Shown here: positions 13,780 to 27,300 of the stretch, piece after piece
Layout: every line of letters begins with the position of its first letter
How positions within the stretch are numbered: the first letter of the stretch is position 1
Position numbers and translations under genes: made by a program
NCBI GenBank assembly: GCA_030264375.1
Contig: JASCQW010000072.1
Span: 23,217,008-23,281,007, forward strand
DNA length: 64,000 nucleotides
Origin: Carcharhinus longimanus
Lineage: Eukaryota
Reading direction: 5' to 3'
The notes under the pieces: model-generated
Seen by the model: only the letters and a program-made list of their open reading frames with translations
What the model was told of the DNA's origin: nothing
Database searches by the model: none

Positions 13780-14725
13780 GTGAATGATCCAGAGGCCTAG
13801 GCCGTGAGGACATAAGTTCAAATCCCACCCAATCCAATGGTATTTATATCCAAATAATTAATACATTTGGAATTATAAGCCACGAAGGCACTATCAATTA
13901 TTTTAAAAACCCATGGTTCACTAATGTCCTTTTAGGAAATCTGCCATCCTTACCTGGTCTGGCCTAGTTCTGACTCCAGATTCTTAACTGCCCTTTGAAA
14001 TCCCAAATTGCTACAGAAAAGTAAAAAAGAAATAAAACTAGATGGATCACCTGAAGGGAAAGCGACCTAGGCACTGGGAATGACAACAGCACTTCCCACT
14101 CAGATGATTGTACAAATTCCTCCTTGCTAATACCTCAGGGCTCGTTTCAAAAATCAGGGGCGTAGTTCCACAGATTAGTCTCTGGTGTACAGGAGGGAGG
14201 GAGTTGCCCTGGAAGCCCTTAAACACTGACTCTGGATCCCTCATGGCAGATTGCCCTCTAATGTTTTAAGATTTTATGCACATCTGAATTGGTCCGGAAT
14301 CCTCTCATAGCACTGAATTGCCAACCTAGAATCTAAATTCAATTATTTGAGAGAAACCCGGGCCAATAAGCTGCTAAAGCAAACGGTGAATGATCCCATC
14401 CTATGGCCAAGGGAATCATAGTGGGCAAGACAGGACCAAACAAAGGTCCATTGATCTCAGGTAGGATTTTCCAGTCTTGGGACTCTATTATGTCTCAGGG
14501 GAAGAATACCAAAAAGTGGCTAGTCATTTCTGAGCTGTTCTCTGTACTCCATCAAACCAACACTGCCAAAATCTTGGGAGCAAGTTATCTGCTTACCCCT
14601 AAGGAAAGCACCTACTATCTTCCCTCAGCCGATGAATCAGTACTCATCCATGTTGAACATCACTTGGAAGAAGAACTGAGGGTTTCAAGGGGACATAATG
14701 TTCTCTGGGTGGGGGACTACGATGA
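13780..14725 (+). mobile_element. 5' region and endonuclease remnant of a CR1-like LINE, interrupted by an inverted-duplication insert at 14250-14600
   Basis: The peptide after the insert, TYYLPSADESVLIHVEHHLEEELRVSRGHNVLWVGDY, matches the APE-endonuclease YxPP...GDF pattern. The upstream segment is shared with the short element at 19730-20055. Confidence 0.7.
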
Positions 14726-15415
14726 GAGTGCAGGTCACATTTTGAGTAAATAGTAGCTGTAGCTGTAATTGCGAAGAAAGGCATGAAGGTGATTGATTCT
14801 AAGCAAAGGTGACTTATAGTGGAAGATAATTATTGATCACCCCTAACATGTTTTGTTTGGTAAATTTTAAATATTGTAATATTGAAAACATACCTTTAAT
14901 GCTAATCTAGTGGTGTTAAGGTTCAATAAATATTACAATGAAAGTTTCAATTTCTAAAAAAAGTGAGTTCATTCTTTTGTAAAGATGCAATGTCACTTCT
15001 TTTCCCAATTGTATTTGTTTCCTGTTTTCTGCTGGCCTTTCGGACTCTGCATTAGGTAAGAGAAAGGGGTAAGCAGATAACTTGCTCCCAAGATTTTGGC
15101 AGTGTTGGTTTGATGGAGCACAGAGAACAGCTCAGGAATGACTAGCCACTTTTTGGTATTCTTCCCCTGAGACATAATAGAGCCCCAAGACTGGAAAATC
15201 CTGCCCAAGGTCAATGGACCTTTGCTTGGTCCTGTTCTGCCCGCTATGATTCCTGTGGCCATGGGACGGGATAATTCACTGTTTGCCTTAGGAGCTTATC
15301 AGCCCGGGTTTCTCTCAAATACCTGAATTTAGATTCTAGGTTGGCAATTCAGTGCTATGGGGGGACTCCTGCCCTATTTGGATGTGCATAAAAGTTCAAA
15401 ACATTGGAAGGCAAT
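14250..15415. repeat. Long inverted repeat: arms 14250-14600 and 15065-15415, spacer 464 bp
   Basis: Direct reverse-complement alignment. The ORF track gives near-identical peptides on opposite strands (14403+ and 14993-). Confidence 0.97.
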
Positions 15416-18400
15416 TGGCAATCTAGTTGGTTTTCTTGAAGGTTGAGATCAAATGGGCTGTAACTNNNNNNNNNNNNNNNNNNNNNNNNNNNNNNNNNNN
15501 NNNNNNNNNNNNNNNNNNNNNNNNNNNNNNNNNNNNNNNNNNNNNNNNNNNNNNNNNNNNNNNNNTAACTAAGGTCTTTTTCTTTCCAATCTACAAGACA
15601 AGGAAATTTGAATGTGAGTGACCGAAACTGTTAATGTACCATTCTTTGAAAAATCAGCCCGCTATCTCCCTGGTCTGTGTATCAATACTGTATGGCAACA
15701 TTGCATTGCCATTAAAGGTTCTAAAGTAATTAGAAAATTACTTTATTGTCACCATCGCTGCTGGATTCTTAAAATTTGTGCTGATAAACTTCAAATGCAG
15801 AAATCTCTAATACTTCATATTTTATCTGCTCCAAGTGACAGAGACCTCGGAGCGGGATTGGGCAAGACCGGAAATTCCCACTCGGGATCAACGGAGATTT
15901 CCGTTGTCAGACCCTCGCCTGCGCCGATTCTGTAGCGGACAAGGTGGTAGAGTTACGGCCCTAATGTTAACAGAAAGCTTATGAAGAAAAAGAAAATTGG
16001 TTCTTGGATGTTGTTGGCACAAACTGATGTTAAGTGCTTGCATGAATTGAAACAGAAAACATTTAGTGTTACAATTTTTAAAAATTAAACCTTTGGGATA
16101 TTTGGTTCTGCTGTACATTTATGTACAAAGTTACATATATTTTCAATCAGGTTTCTAAAAAAAGATGAATATGAATTATGATCAGAATTAGCTTCATTCA
16201 GCTGATCACACTTCTAGCCATGTGATGGAATGTTAATCACTATCACTTTAAAAAATTATTGAACTGGTCTGCCTGAACATCAATATTGTAAGAATTATAC
16301 ATTTAATTGTTAAAATGAAATAACTGCTAATCTTTCTGATATTGATTCTAGGTTCAGATCTTTACATGGTTTGCTGAGTTTTATTGCAATAAAAGAATGT
16401 TCTATAATGTTATGAATCATACCAGCCTAGGAATTATTGCTGGAAATAACAGATGAATTTTAAAATGTTCATGTCACATTCTTTGGTCCACGCTTAGAAA
16501 AACGTTTAACTTTGTTAAGATAAACCGACTAATTCCTGTACCAATAAATGTTAAGCTATATTCTGCAACCACAAACGATATATTTGGATTTTGGTTTTAT
16601 TGTTAATGAATGCAATGTATGATCAGAAGAGTCGATTTGGCAAAACTCCAGTGGTGGTGTGCAACATGGAGATCAAAGCCACTTGAATGGGGGTTGCAAA
16701 AAGAAAGAATGGAGCCTCCCAGTTCCCAGGGAACAAAAAAGGGAAACGTTTTGTGGTATTAAGAGTGTCAGTATAATCAAACCCATATTTGAATGTTACT
16801 TTTGGGACAGTCCTTTGAAGCAAGCAAAAGGCTTTCATGATATCTTTTGAGACTCTACTGAAAATCTTGCAAGTTCTACAGGAGAATGTGTAATGGTGTA
16901 CTTCTGACCTTGTGGCCCAAACTGAAACTGTGAGCTACAGTGTCCTCAAAGAGGTAACATGTAAAAGATTGAGATAACTTTTTATCTGTTCTGCACATTC
17001 ATTATAGAGAAGACATAGTACACACTTTTTGCAGGGCATATGGATAACGCTGACTGAGATATAAATGTTGAATTAAGAACCAACATTACTATCAGCAATG
17101 GTATGCCTGACTCATTAGAACGCACTTGTACAGGCAGGTATTTGTACTGACTAAGGAGGTATTTATACTGACTGTGGGGCTGGCATCATGTTCCATTATC
17201 AAACTTTTGAATGTCTTGTTTTCATGATAAACAGGTGGACGGTTTCCCATTAGAACCAGATTTGACATCTGGCACTTTTGATCTGGAAGGAGAATTTTGT
17301 TAGCACCCAGCCACGGTGTGGGCCAAACACCCAGCCAAATGTTTCTCATGCACAAAGGAATCCATTTAAATTAAGAAGAAAGGCTGGTCTTGCCAAATTG
17401 ACTTCCTGACTGTCAGCGTAGACTCACCAAGCAATAGGTGATACAGTTCCCCCAACACTCCCCTGTTTCACTACCTCGGTAAAATATAGTCTACTTGCAT
17501 TAAGCAGCCTGTTTGACACATAATGCCTCCCTCTGTATTTACTTATTCAACCAAAAAGACCCTGTAAATATCAGTCTTCTAATGAGCCTGATGCATAATT
17601 GCGAGTCGCAGAACAATGCTATGGGAATGCCATTAACTTCTTTAAAACAAAGTGAAAATATAGTTTTTAAGCAAGCAATGTAATGCACCCCGTGTTAATG
17701 GAAAATCTTGCAGAGAGAACTTTTACTTTACATCTATAATAGGCTGGGAAATATAATTTTCCGAATGGCCGAAACTAAATTATCTAATGGCTAATACAAA
17801 GATGCCCTTTGTCACTGAAACTCTTCATGTATGGACTATGTAACAATGAAGTGTAAATAGGGTGACAGGTAAACTTAATAATTTACTATTCTATTTGATC
17901 AGGTCATGTATCATTTGTTATGTTTTACCACTTACTTATTGATCATTTAAAATGAAAGCTTTTAGACACGCTTCAAACTTGAACTTGAGAATGATGGCTT
18001 AAGACTGTATGGAAAGCAGGACAGCACAAAGGTATCAGTGAAGGAGTCATTACGATGCTGTGGTATAGAGGCCTCTTTGATTTGAATGCAGAACAAAACT
18101 CAGATAAGCTGCAGCCAGACTCCAGCCCCCAAAAATGTTAATAGAATCAGGCACCAGTAACTTCAAAAATGAAATAAATGAACTAAAGAGCCCATAATGT
18201 TGGATGGTAATCTTCAGCGTTGCAATGAGGTGTGAGAAAACTGCAAGTAGCCATATGCTTCCCTGTGGGCAGGGTCTATAGTATAAGTTAATGGGAGAAA
18301 TTTGCTCAGTGCTGTGGAGGCACATCTGGAGATATGGGGACCAGAGTAATGGTTAAAAACAAATGCACTGGGTGGACCCCTGATATGTTCCTTCCCATCC

Positions 18401-19044
18401 ACCACCTTGCAAATTTTGTTGGTCACAGCAGTGACGTCAATCTGCCAGGCAGCAGTGGGAATTGAGGAGGTAATCAGTAGTGATTTTCAGAGGTCTTCCA
18501 ATCTTCCCAGAGATAATTGGGACCACCACAATTGGAAGAACTGGTCAGCACACAGAGGTCGTGCATAGTGGGAGATCTCAGCTGTTTGATATTTGCATGC
18601 AATCTGACCTTTACTTGCTGAAAATAGACAGTGGTCATCTCCAGACACAGGCCTGCCATTCTAACACTCTCTCCTGAAGATTGCTGCAATGGAATGATCA
18701 GGTCAAAGAAAAACCTTCTGGTGTCTTTAACCTTTGCCTCTCAAAGCGTCCTTTTGTGTCCCAATCACTGGAGTTGCACTGCAGACATAATGAAGGCCTC
18801 CTTCACATCTCATATCTTGCTTGGCCCTTCCTGATCCCGAGCTTGCCTGCTATCCCCAAATAGATGGCTATCCTTGAAAGGAGAGTAGGCTGGCTCCTAT
18901 AAAATTCTCCTGACCTCTTGCAGCTGCAGTGAACAAACTTGGCACCTGCAATTGGTCCTGATGCCTGAACATTTTGAAAGCCTGGAAGACTCAGCCCCTT
19001 GCATCCATCAAGTGTATCATATAACCATAGGTGAGCTCAATGAT

Positions 19045-19355
19045 AGAATAGAATCATAGAATCCCTACAGTACAGAAGGAGGCCATTTGGCCCATTGAGT
19101 CTGCACCGACCACAATCCCACTCAGTTCCTATCCCCCACAACCCCATGCATTTACCCTACTTGGTCCCCCTGATGAAGTGGCAATTTAGCTTGGTAATCC
19201 ACCTAACATCTTTTGGACTGTGGGAGGAAACAGCAGCACCCAGGGAAACCCATGCAGACATGGGGAGAATGTGCAAACTTCAACAGGTAGTGACCTCCAG
19301 GCTGGGAATTGAACCCGGGTCCCTCGCGCTGTGAGGCAGCAGTGCTAACCACTGT
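19045..19355 (-). mobile_element. HE1-type shark SINE (tRNA-derived V-SINE) with CR1-derived (attctatg) tail
   Basis: Head ...cagtggttagcactgctgcctcacagcgcgagggacccgggttcaattcc has A/B boxes, followed by the V-domain core and a tail gggccaaatggcctccttctgtactgtagggattctatgattcta. Confidence 0.9.
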
Positions 19356-19729
19356 TAGATCAGTTNNNNNNNNNNNNNNNNNNNNNNNNNNNNNNNNNNN
19401 NNNNNNNNNNNNNNNNNNNNNNNNNNNNNNNNNNNNNNNNNNNNNNNNNNNNNNNNNNNNNNNNNCTAACCACTGTTAGATCAGTTCATGTAACTATGCA
19501 ATGAATGGCTAATAGTCCAATTAAGTGATATAAAGCAAGGAACCAGAATATTGTCCATGTTCCCACCTGATATTGGGTAAATTTATCGTTGAAAATATAG
19601 GCCTGTGCATCACCTCACACAAAATATCTGTCCTTCTACTACTACCAGAAACTCCACTAGCCATTCTTTCCCTACCCCCCCCCAAAAAGGCAATGGGGAT
19701 AGTCCCAGGAATATTTTTTTAAAAATTCA

Positions 19730-20055
19730 CAGGTGTTGCTGGCTGGCTAGCATTTATTGCCCATCCCTAGTTGCCCGAGGGCAGTTGAGAGTCAATTACA
19801 TTGCTGACGTTCTGGTGTCACATGTAGGTCAGACCAGGTAAGGACGGCAGATTTCTTTCCCTAAAGGACATTAGTCAACCAAATGGGTTTTTCTGACAAT
19901 GTTTCCATGGTCAATAGTAGATGCTTAATTCCAGATATTTTTTATTGAATTCAAATTCCACTATCTGCTGTGGTGGGATTCAACCCCAGGTCCCCAGAAT
20001 ATTAGCTGAGTTTCTGGATTAACAGTCTAATGATAATACCACTAGGCCATCGCCT
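19730..20055 (-). mobile_element. Short interspersed element with a tRNA-like head and a 3' tail (...gggcaataaatgctagcc) like that of CR1-like LINEs
   Basis: Head ggcgatggcctagtggtattatc...gggttgaatcccacc. The body matches 13820-14000. Confidence 0.7.
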
Positions 20056-22124
20056 AACCATGATTTTCCCCCCATATTGCTACTTACTGGTGCCACAGGG
20101 AAGTTGTGTTAGGTGCTGGGAACCCAGTAGTATTGGCCTTGGGTTTTATCAATAGAGAGTAAAGAGCATTATAATTATAGCATAATAAAGAATAAGAGCA
20201 TTAGAGGTGCTTTCTCCTTTTGGGAGCAACTTGCTTTCTCGTGTAGAGCTCAGTCTGAGCTGGATCTGGTATATTGGCCAATCTTTTCATCTTCAGGCTG
20301 CTTCTAACCCTTTAACTGCTGAACCACCAGTATTTCACTGGTAGGAAACACCAGCACATGTCCCTTTAGCAATAGGAATGCTACAAGCTTGTTGTGTATA
20401 GTGAGTGATCTTCAGCACAGGAAAGTAGGTTGGGATTTTGGAGTGGTTTCCTTTTCTTACTCGTGTATGGTAAGTGACGTCCCATGCAGTGATTTGGTTT
20501 TCTTAATCCATTCAGAAACTGACATTATTATTTCCTCAAATATTTTATGCAAACTTCAATACACAGTTGTAAATATAAAAATTTATGGAATGTGTTACAG
20601 GATGTTGCATTGTGCCAGTAATGTACTTATTCTATACATGATAAAATGATATCTTGAAAAATCATGCCTCCGTATGTGCATGTTTTGGTGAATAGACTAT
20701 AGATCTACTGAGAGATCTTATGTATGCTTAGTCCTGTTGGCTTCAGTCTATGCAAATACTTCATTTTAAGATACTTCTGTCTATGCAACTAACTCGGCTA
20801 ACTTGACTACATTTTAAAATTTAGAAAGCTAAAATAAAGGTGAGCTAAAGATTGACTGCATTCTTGAAGGGTACACGATTCAGGCAAACAACAGCAGCTG
20901 CAAGAATTGTTTTCATAAGTCGGAAATAGCCTGCGGAAAACACTTCTAATAATGAGATATGTTAAAATATAGTTTGAAACTGTGTGTGCAGTTTTCGAGA
21001 TCCAGTTCGGTACAGTACAATACAGGGACTGGTTTGCTTAGAAGCCAGTCTCCAAGTTTGTTTTTTCTTTTCACTTCTGTTTAAGTTCTGTCTAATAAAA
21101 GAAAACCATTTTAAAAATCGTATCAGTGCTGTCCCCTCATCTATTCAAACGCATGAATGGATCCAACACCTACCAATGATCACTCATTTCCCAACTTATT
21201 GTACAAGGCCTGTGCAGTGTTTTTCTTAATCTGTGATCATATTTTGGGAAGTGGTAGCCAAAGAATATGTAACTACTGCAAGAACATGGGAAACATGAAG
21301 GTAGACTGATGGTAAATGTCTTGCAGTAAGCGCGACAGCCTTTACACAACAGAAGTTGCTTTTGCAACGCTGTGCAACAATTACTAGAAAGCATGACTAC
21401 ATTACAGATGGTTTGACTCAGCAGAGCAGGTGTATAGTCATGTTGCCAATTTACAGTTTTAGATTATAGGAGTTCTGGCAGCACCGATCTACAATATCAG
21501 AACCATTCACTTAAATTAAATGTCAACTGTGCAAGGCGCATATTTTCTGGTCGTGGAAAATAATAAACTCCTTATCTCCTGATGCCAATCCGTTTCATTC
21601 CGTCAGGCACTTTTGGGGAGGCAGTTTGTCTGCTGGTATGTTTATTTCTGTCAGGGGGAGGTGGCATCGATACAAATGGGTCAGACACGAGGTGAATGAC
21701 TGACTAAACTTCACAGAGTTAATGTTTTAAGATTCTTCAGCTTTATTACTTCAAAGATGCATGAAAAATTGTACGTCAGTACTTCACTTTGCATAGGCAG
21801 AAATAGTGCATAAAACCTTTTAAGGGACAACCTTCAAAAGATTTTTCACAATCATGAATTTTATAAAAAAGGAGGTTTAAAGAATTTATGCAGATACCAT
21901 AGATATATATGGTTCCAGAGACCTCTGAATGATTGATAATCAGTATTCAACCAAGTGAACAAATGAAAACTATGCAAGGTTAAGATGACCTTGTGAATGA
22001 CTCTTAATCAGTTGAACAAGTGAACCTGTTGTTGACCCTATCCTAACTGTACATATTTCACAATTTCTAAAGCACAATACATAAACTAGTGAGGAACCAC
22101 GTTTCTAGTCGAACTGACCTTGAG

Positions 22125-22340
22125 TTTTTTTACACAGAGGATGGTGGGTACCTGGAACTCATGCCGGGGGAGATAGTGGAAGCAGATACGATAGTGACTT
22201 TTAAGGGTCGTCTTGACAAATACATGAATAGGATGGAAATAGAGGGATATGGTCACTGGAAGGGTAGGGGGCTTTAGTTCAATCAGGTAGCATGGTTGGT
22301 GCAGGCTTGGAAGGCTGAAGTAATTTTCCTTGTTCTTTGT
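22125..22340 (+). mobile_element. CR1-type LINE 3' fragment
   Basis: Peptide ...PGEIVEADTIVTFKGRLDKYMNRMEIEGYG. Confidence 0.8.
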
Positions 22341-23727
22341 TTTGACTGCTAATGCTAGATTCCATGTAGAAAGGAATTTACAGTGTTATTTGGATAACAA
22401 TTTCACTGTATGGAAACACTTTCAGCTGGCAGTCAATTTTGTAAAGTTATTTTGTCATGAACGAGTGACTTGACAGTGGAATAATTTACTACTATAAAAT
22501 TTGTGAAATCTAATGCTGGTGAGAGCATTCCTATACTTCTTTTAAAATCTAAAAGCGCCAAGATACTGCGAGATCTTCATTATGCCTATTTTAAGTAAAG
22601 CTGCTATGTAGACAAACCTCCATCTTTCAAGTTTTGGACAGAAATGTTAACTTCATCCAGTCAAAATTGACACTAACTGGAATCAGTCGAAGACAGCTGT
22701 AAAATTGCCACAAGATGTGAACAAAAACACATACACTTTTAATAAAATTAGGGGTTTGTCATTATCTACCTTACAAAGCATAGAATTTAGTGTTGGAAGA
22801 GGATCGGATCAAAAAAAAATGGTATGCCAGCAGGATTATCCTGCAATGTAACGAGACTGTCTGCATCTGCTATTATTCTCCAGTAAACCTACCAGACCAT
22901 AAGCAAAAGTGCTTCCACAAGCTCTGGGTCAGCAGGGAGTCAGTTACAAAGCTTAGCCATCTGCTTCAAGGCAACAGCATTCAAATAAAAATGGAATTAA
23001 TGGTAAGGTCTTTCCTGAAAGGAACTATCCCTGAGTTTGGACCTTAACCAAAGGATGCTTCACTACAGGATGTCCACAGTCTCCATGATATGTAGCTTGC
23101 TCAGATGGGCAGGAAGTCTGGAGGCTGTGCACATCTCACTGACTGCACCAAACTCCATAGGTGCTCTGGAGGTCCTGAACTCCAGTCTACATTAGATTGT
23201 GGGCTCGATCTTACTTGTCGTCAGCATAAGGGGCAGCTGCTCATTACACTTAAAATTGCCCTCAAGTGGTCATTAAAGCCTCAATTGTTGGCAGGAAGGC
23301 TGTCCATAAACCTTTCCACCCTGGGCATAATCAGGGTGGAGGCAGGAAGTGTTGAGCACCCCACTCACTGCTCTCCGACCCGATTAAATGCTTCCCACCA
23401 CTAAAGCTGCCATGGGGGAGGGCAATAAATGCTGCCCAGAAAGTTTACTTTTAGTCACTGTTTCTTTCCTTGTAGCAGCTGCTGCGGTCTACTGCAGGGT
23501 TCCAACCCATGCTGGAGATGTGCCCTAAACAAAGACTCAGCATGGAGAGGCTAAGCCATGGTTCGCCTGCAGCCCTTTCAACCTGCAGTGTCACGGAAAC
23601 TGTCTGTGTACATGTCCCTGAAAACATTCAACCATACGGATAAAACTTGACCTGAAGAATTAATGAGAGCGAAACCCAAGGTTCACAGGGCCTATCATGT
23701 CACTTGGGCATCAATTCCACTACAGTG

Positions 23728-24900
23728 GGGTGATTCTCCCAAAAAGGTTCTAAGTGCTGAATTCATGGGAAAACTGGTGTAAGTCACAGATTGTTTTTCT
23801 CAGTGGGAGTTCACACTTGAATCTCCCACACTCCGTGCAATGTAGAAGTTACGATCATGAATATCATTAAAAGCTCGGTGGGGGGGAAGGTGGGGCCTAT
23901 TAGTGCTGGAGTCTGACAGTTCCAGGCCTCTCTGCTTGTACAGTGGCCTTGAGCTGTCAGCCTGTAGATTGCAGGTCAGCAATTGAGCTGGCCGGGACTC
24001 CCACAATGCTGTCCCACCTGACACACCCCTGGCCCGATTGTGGCCCTCACAAGCATTCCAGGCCACCCCTACCAACCCCTCCATCCCAGAGCACCCCGAT
24101 CTCCAGCCCTCTCCTCCCCCCCCCCCACCCTTACTGNNNNNNNNNNNNNNNNNNNNNTGATCCCCCTTCCCCAGCAGATCTTGGCCCACTCTCACCCCCA
24201 CGGGAGGCCCAGCAGACACTCCCACTCCCTGGCAGATGCCTCCTCCCCCCGCCCCAATTGCTGGCCTCCCTCCAGCCCCAGTCAATGCAGGGTGGCAGCA
24301 GGACCCCTCTAGGCCCCACCCTCTAGGCACTGCTCCAGGCCCGATGGGCAGTGCTAAGATGCACTTTTTGCCCCTTGGATAAAACCAGTGGCACAGATTG
24401 GTACTGCCAGGGTACCCATGCTCAGGGGACACCACCCCCCTGCCACCCAACCCCTGGGGGGGGGGGGGTCACGATTGCCTGGTCATCCTGTTAGCTACCC
24501 AAAAATGGGCAGCTAGTCTGAATCCCATCCGAGTAAAATTGTATTGGCAGGTTGGGAGCTGCTAGCAGGCCTGGAGACTTCAGTCCCGGACCCGATAATC
24601 ACATTTAATATAGATTTGAATGGTTCACCTGATGTTCCCATCAGTTTTCAGCGTGGTCCTAACTGCGCTGGATATCCAGTACTGGTAAACGCACATGCAT
24701 TGGGAACACATGCACTTATGCTACAAATCGGCCAACACGCGATTCAACCGGCNNNNNNNNNNNNNNNNNNNNNNNNNNNNNNNNNNNNNNNNNTATCAGG
24801 CCCCCTGCCGTACATTCCACCCTCACCAATGTGATGTCACATTACAACAGGTCCACCCAGGCGTGAACTTATCATGGGGATCCTTCGGGGGCATTTGACT
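23728..24900 (+). mobile_element. GC-rich non-autonomous DNA-transposon-like repeat containing gaps
   Basis: Starts ggggtgattctccc and has a C-rich interior. The terminus resembles those at 7075 and 55030. No credible ORF. Confidence 0.5.
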
Positions 24901-24949
24901 CTAGGGGAGATGGACATGGCCAAGCACTGAGCCAGTGCACTGCCCCCTT

Positions 24950-25320
24950 GCATTGGAAGCAGTTCAGCAAAGATTCACTAGGCCGATTCCTGAGATGAAG
25001 GGGTGTCCAATAAGGGAACGTTTGAGCAGGTCAGGCTCATTCTCAGAAGAATGATTGAAACATGGAAGATTCTGAGGGGGCTTGAGAGGATAAAGGCTGG
25101 GAGAATGTTTCCCCTCGGTGGGGTGGGATGATGGAGGGAGAATTTAGAACTGGGGGACACAAGACTGAGGTGGACAGAATTTTTGATTGACAAGGAGATC
25201 GAGAATCAAAGTGGTCAGGCAGATCAGTGGAGTTAAGGCCACAATCGGATCAACCATAATCTGATTCAATTTTACAGCAAGCTCAATGGGCTGAATGGCC
25301 ATCTCCAGCTCCTCTTCAGA
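24950..25320 (+). mobile_element. Degraded CR1-type LINE 3' fragment
   Basis: gcagttcagcaaagattcactaggccgattcctgagatgaagggg...aagctcaatgggctgaatggcc. Confidence 0.7.
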
Positions 25321-25395
25321 AATAAATCTGATGTGGGGGGGGCCAGTTTTGGTCAATTAATAATTGCCTCTCAAAATGAAAAACTGGACCCATTG

Positions 25396-25600
25396 CACAT
25401 TTTCCGTGTCCGCGTAGGTTTCCTTTGGTTGCTCCAGTTTCCTCCCACAGTCCGAAGATGTGCGGATTAGGGTGATTGGCCATGCTAAATTGTCCCTTAG
25501 TGTCAGGTGGACTAGCTAGGGTAAATGCATTGGTTTATAGGGATATGGTCTGGGTGGGATTGTGGTTGGTACAGACTCGATAGGCCAAATGGTCTCCTAT
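25396..25600 (+). mobile_element. HE1-type SINE, 5'-truncated
   Basis: Core gtgtccgcgtaggtttcc...cctcccacagtccgaagatgtgcgg...ggccatgctaaattgtcccttagtgtc. Confidence 0.85.
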
Positions 25601-26508
25601 AATATACAGAAGGACCACCTATAGTTTCAATATTTTACCACAAATTCATTCTACGTGATTACTTATAAAGTTTATCTTGTTATACTGTCACAACTGGATA
25701 CAACACTGCCTAAATTAAGCATCTTAGATGTCAGTCTGCAATAGTAAGTTCAGCTGCTGATATTGGGACCACCAAACACTAAAATATGAAGCGTTAAAGG
25801 TGGAGTTCATACAATAAATACAGGTACAGGTCCCAATTTTTTTCACCCAATGTATTGTATTTCACAGGCTGAGAATAGTTTCTTTTCACATTAACACATT
25901 TCTTTTGGCTCAAAGAAACTTTAATTGTGGGCCCAAAATGCACAAGAAACCTAAAATAAAAAGTCAAATTGACATGAAAAACCCCATCCCAATCAACTTA
26001 CATCTTTTTGGAGTGCACAGGCAATTTGTTTTGAGTTTGCAGGCCATTTAAATTTTATTATGCAGCGGAGCACTCACTGTAACATAAAGGAGCTGATTTG
26101 CACATGACCTGCACAGCTTAGAGGGAATTTTTCATACAATCCCTCCAATCAGTAAGAGATCATCAGGAGATTTAATATAATCAAGCTCATTTTATGTACT
26201 TCAAAGTGGAGGAAAATGGAGTCTTATAATAAGGACTAAATTTTGTACTTTACCATGAGTGTTTATTTGCCAATATTGGGCATAGCATGCACAGGCCCCG
26301 ATCTGCTAGCTTGTATAGTCACAGTTGTCCTTGAAACTATTGCCCAGAATGCAGAGGCAAGACTGGAACATTTGAGTTGCGTAGTTCCTTCAATAGCTAA
26401 ATAATACAGAATCACTTAGGGTTAGACCAATGAAAATAAACCACTTTTGAGGATCCGGCAATGTTCAATCAAAAATATTGCTGTGAAAGAACCTGTTGTG
26501 CTGAGCTA

Positions 26509-26652
<144 letters not shown>

Positions 26653-26949
26653 TCATAACAACAACTCTAAAATTGACAGTTAAATTAAACAATTTGTAGT
26701 TGTGTACTTTAACTCAAAGGCTATACAGTTCAGTTGACTTATTCTTCACTCAGGACAGGTTGGGACTGATTTCTATTCTCCGCTTTGGGGAGGATATTGC
26801 TCTGATGCTTGTGGTTCTGGACCACCACTCCTAATCTGGGGATGGTGCTTGTAAAGGGTTGCAAACAAAGCAAAGTTAGTACCTGGGTATGGTATTTAAA
26901 TAAGACGCCAATGAACTTTCCAACCACCAGTGGATAGAGTTTGCAAAGC

Positions 26950-27300
26950 ACAAGTACACTTCATCCACCACCCAAAACATTCACAACTTTCACCACTAAC
27001 ATACATTGGCAGCAGTGCATATGTACTGCTTAGAAGCTGCACCAGCAAGAGGGACAAGGGTAGCAAAAGCATACGAACATCAGCTGCCAGTTCCCCTCCA
27101 AGCCACTCACCATATTGATCTGGAACTATATTGAAGTTCCTTCACTATTGCTGGGTCAAGATCTTGAAACTCCCTTCCTAGCAGCACTGTGGTTGTACCT
27201 ACGCCACATGGACTTCAGCGGGTCAAGGTGACAGCTCATTGCCACCATCTACTTCAGGACAATTAGGGATAGAAAATGACCACTCTTTACATTTCTAATT
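26950..27300 (+). mobile_element. 3' end of a CR1-like LINE (same family as 1-1110)
   Basis: aactcccttcctagcagcactgtggttgtacctacgccacatggacttcagcgggtcaagg...cacc is the reverse complement of the pattern at 20-100. Confidence 0.7.

Noticed and set aside
14403-15262. Two near-identical ORFs on opposite strands suggesting paralogous genes
   Set aside because: A by-product of the inverted duplication. No splice or homology support, and the tail of the plus ORF is LINE endonuclease.
19346-19486. Direct repeat ctaaccactgttagatcagtt on both sides of a gap
   Set aside because: Typical unmerged contig overlap around a 100-N gap.
23800-24450. 216-aa Gly-rich ORF or CpG-island promoter
   Set aside because: Lies in a GC-rich interspersed repeat with gaps. 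Low-complexity translation, and similar sequence occurs at 6660 and 55030.
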